Of a DNA stretch of 64,000 bases, positions 62,218-64,000 are shown in pieces; the first letter of the stretch is position 1; each line of letters begins with the position of its first letter. This DNA is from Eukaryota sp. GEM-RC1 (taxonomy: Eukaryota). A model generated the notes under the pieces. It was not told the origin of the DNA. It saw nothing but the letters and a program-made list of their open reading frames with translations, and did no database searches. The position numbers were made by a program, and so were the translations under genes. The DNA lies in NCBI GenBank assembly GCA_040285855.1, contig JAUFOQ010000002.1, positions 806,001 through 870,000 of the forward strand, read 5' to 3'.

Positions 62218-64000
62218 ATTCAGTATTGAAGAAGTTGTATGTCTTTAGAGGTGGTCGGTTTTTGGAAATCGTGACAACAATTATGATGGACATGAATAAT
62301 CATTTGAGAACATTTGAAAGTTTTGACAAGGAAAATGTATTCCTTAAGAGAATATTTCATTCTTTAGACAATCCTCTAGTGTCAGTTGAAGAAATGAAAG
62401 TGAAAACTGAAGAACGTCAGAACAAGGAGCCATCTGTAAAACTAAAACCCAAGGCTGAAATCGAGATTCGACTGTTAGCAGAATTAACAAAACTTAATGA
62501 ACTTTGGGAATCTACAACTTCAAGAGCCACCTTGTTATTGAACTCAATCAATAAGCTGTATTTGATACAATACCTTCTCTTTGATCTTCTCGATGAAAAG
62601 AAACAAAAATTAAGAGAACGACCACCAATGAAGGCGGTGAAGAAACGATTAGATAATGTTGTATCAAAGACTAAAGCGAATTGGATGGAATCTTGTGCTA
62701 AGAGAGCTCATCAAGTCAGAGTTCGTGGTACACATATGTTGAAACATTTTTTCATAACTAAGTTTCACAACTCTTTAATTTTCGACAAGGTCAAAGAGAT
62801 ACTACCTCCCACTGATTACATTTTCACTGTTAAAGAAGAAATTGAAACAGACACTGAAGTTTCAGACACTGAACAAACAGAAATTTTAAGTGAAGAGTTT
62901 GTGCCTCAACAATTAGAAGAAACTGAATTGCCTGTATCTTCAGACCCTCATTTTGTTTTCGATCGTACCATTGAATCGGAAATTTTAGATGAAGACAGTG
63001 GAATTTTAGAAGAAGACGGTGATGAAAATGAAACTGGTGAACCTGAACTTGACCTTTTTACTAAAATTCAAATTACCAAATTTGAATTACCAGACTGGGG
63101 AGCCTACTTTAAGAAGGGTCCAATGGGACAACTGTTGGCCATGATGTGGATTCCAAATCACCAATTTTTCAACAGTATTGATCATATTAAAACTGTGGAA
63201 AACTCTTTAAACAACATCATTTCTAATGTAAAAACAACAACTACAAAGAAGGAGTTCGCCCAACACTTCCTATCAAACTACATCCCTCTGTTAGAAACTG
63301 CTGGTGAAATGGTTGGTAAAGATAGGATCGTGTTTCCAAGTGGACTATATTTGGCTAATCCTCTCGGTTACGTTGCAACCGAAATTATTACAAATTATAA
63401 GAACAACATGAGCCAACACTTCCATGAATATGTTTTTCAAGTTTTTAATTTGGTTACTCAAAAGAAAGAGAGAATGGAAGCTATTACCGACAAAACTGAA
63501 AGACAAGAACTCTGTCAAAGGATTAATGAAGTTAGAGAATTGATTATTAATGGTCAAATTTCCAAAATTAATTTTGAAGATAAGCAAGTTTTTACCAATC
63601 CGGAATCTCACTTGAGTATATTATTCTTCAATTATTTGTTCAATTATTTTGAGGGAAAGATGGAGAAAACGATCTACTATGCTGAAAAGAGTGATCCGTT
63701 ATACTTTTTAAGTCATGCACTGTATTTGAACCGTCTCATTGAAGACTATTGTCCTGGTGTAAGAGCAAACAATCCTTTCCCATTGTCTAAATCTTTAATT
63801 CCAAATCATATCAGGTTCGATACGCAATGGTTCCACGAATTATTTCGTAGGGATATTACCCAACCTGTTAAATATAATGAAGTACGGAAGAATATTTGGG
63901 ATTCAGTATTAAAACCTCAGGCTATTCCAGAGTCATTATCCTATGACTTTAAATACACTTCAATTTCGTCAGACGGTTTAAGTTGTAGTTTGTTGATGAT
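62172..64000 (+). CDS. Fanzor1-like RNA-guided endonuclease, WED/REC portion (3'-incomplete)
   Basis: My translation gives a stop-free frame of 609 codons to the window end. N-terminal MKAVKKRLDNVV...RAHQVRVRGTHMLKHFFI (62628), LANPLGYVATEIITNYKNNMSQHFHEYV (~63350-63435), IYYAEKSDPLYFL, FPLSKSLIPNHIRFDT (63777-63824), IWDSVL, ISSDGLSCSLL (63963-63995), in Fanzor1 motif order. Confidence 0.85.
   Translation, partial: MVQTNGNWSFYSLDLNSVLKKLYVFRGGRFLEIVTTIMMDMNNHLRTFESFDKENVFLKRIFHSLDNPLVSVEEMKVKTEERQNKEPSVKLKPKAEIEIRLLAELTKLNELWESTTSRATLLLNSINKLYLIQYLLFDLLDEKKQKLRERPPMKAVKKRLDNVVSKTKANWMESCAKRAHQVRVRGTHMLKHFFITKFHNSLIFDKVKEILPPTDYIFTVKEEIETDTEVSDTEQTEILSEEFVPQQLEETELPVSSDPHFVFDRTIESEILDEDSGILEEDGDENETGEPELDLFTKIQITKFELPDWGAYFKKGPMGQLLAMMWIPNHQFFNSIDHIKTVENSLNNIISNVKTTTTKKEFAQHFLSNYIPLLETAGEMVGKDRIVFPSGLYLANPLGYVATEIITNYKNNMSQHFHEYVFQVFNLVTQKKERMEAITDKTERQELCQRINEVRELIINGQISKINFEDKQVFTNPESHLSILFFNYLFNYFEGKMEKTIYYAEKSDPLYFLSHALYLNRLIEDYCPGVRANNPFPLSKSLIPNHIRFDTQWFHELFRRDITQPVKYNEVRKNIWDSVLKPQAIPESLSYDFKYTSISSDGLSCSLLM

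Larger units (their letters stand above)
60474..64000 (+). mobile_element. Putative Fanzor-carrying mobile element; left end not identified, continues beyond the window
   Basis: Three overlapping ORFs (2A-protease, exonuclease-like, Fanzor1-like) form one frame once a +1 and a -1 homopolymer slip are corrected. These domain types are typical transposon or virus cargo. Confidence 0.7.

Overview
This is AT-rich, gene-dense, nearly intron-free eukaryotic DNA in the standard genetic code, most like a compact-genome anaerobic protist (metamonad-like; this is inference). It carries about 22 housekeeping genes: SF3B4, PLAA-like WD40, deoxynucleoside kinase, RabGGT-alpha, TBC1D31, Sen1-like helicase, DBP2, DUS2, NOL6/Utp22, Herp-like, NCKX, PCYT2, PNUTS-like, CIA1, eIF2B-epsilon, TMEM104-like, a PPP phosphatase and a WW/coiled-coil protein, among others. 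There is one tRNA-Pro(CGG) and one 29-nt spliceosomal intron. Many genes are broken by single-base frameshifts, all at homopolymer runs, most likely assembly errors. Intergenic DNA holds decayed RLE-type non-LTR retrotransposon fragments and hAT-type non-autonomous elements with verifiable 8-bp TSDs, some nested and some carrying unrelated internal cargo. The standout is at 60474 to beyond 64000, and the ORF track misses its main part because that frame runs off the window. It reads as a single polyprotein: leader, 2A/StopGo-like peptide (DLTADGDTESNPG|P), Ulp1/SENP-type cysteine protease with intact triad, degenerate family-B polymerase exonuclease-like domain, then a Fanzor1-like (eukaryotic TnpB/OMEGA) nuclease. 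Its RuvC domain and any omegaRNA would lie beyond the window edge.
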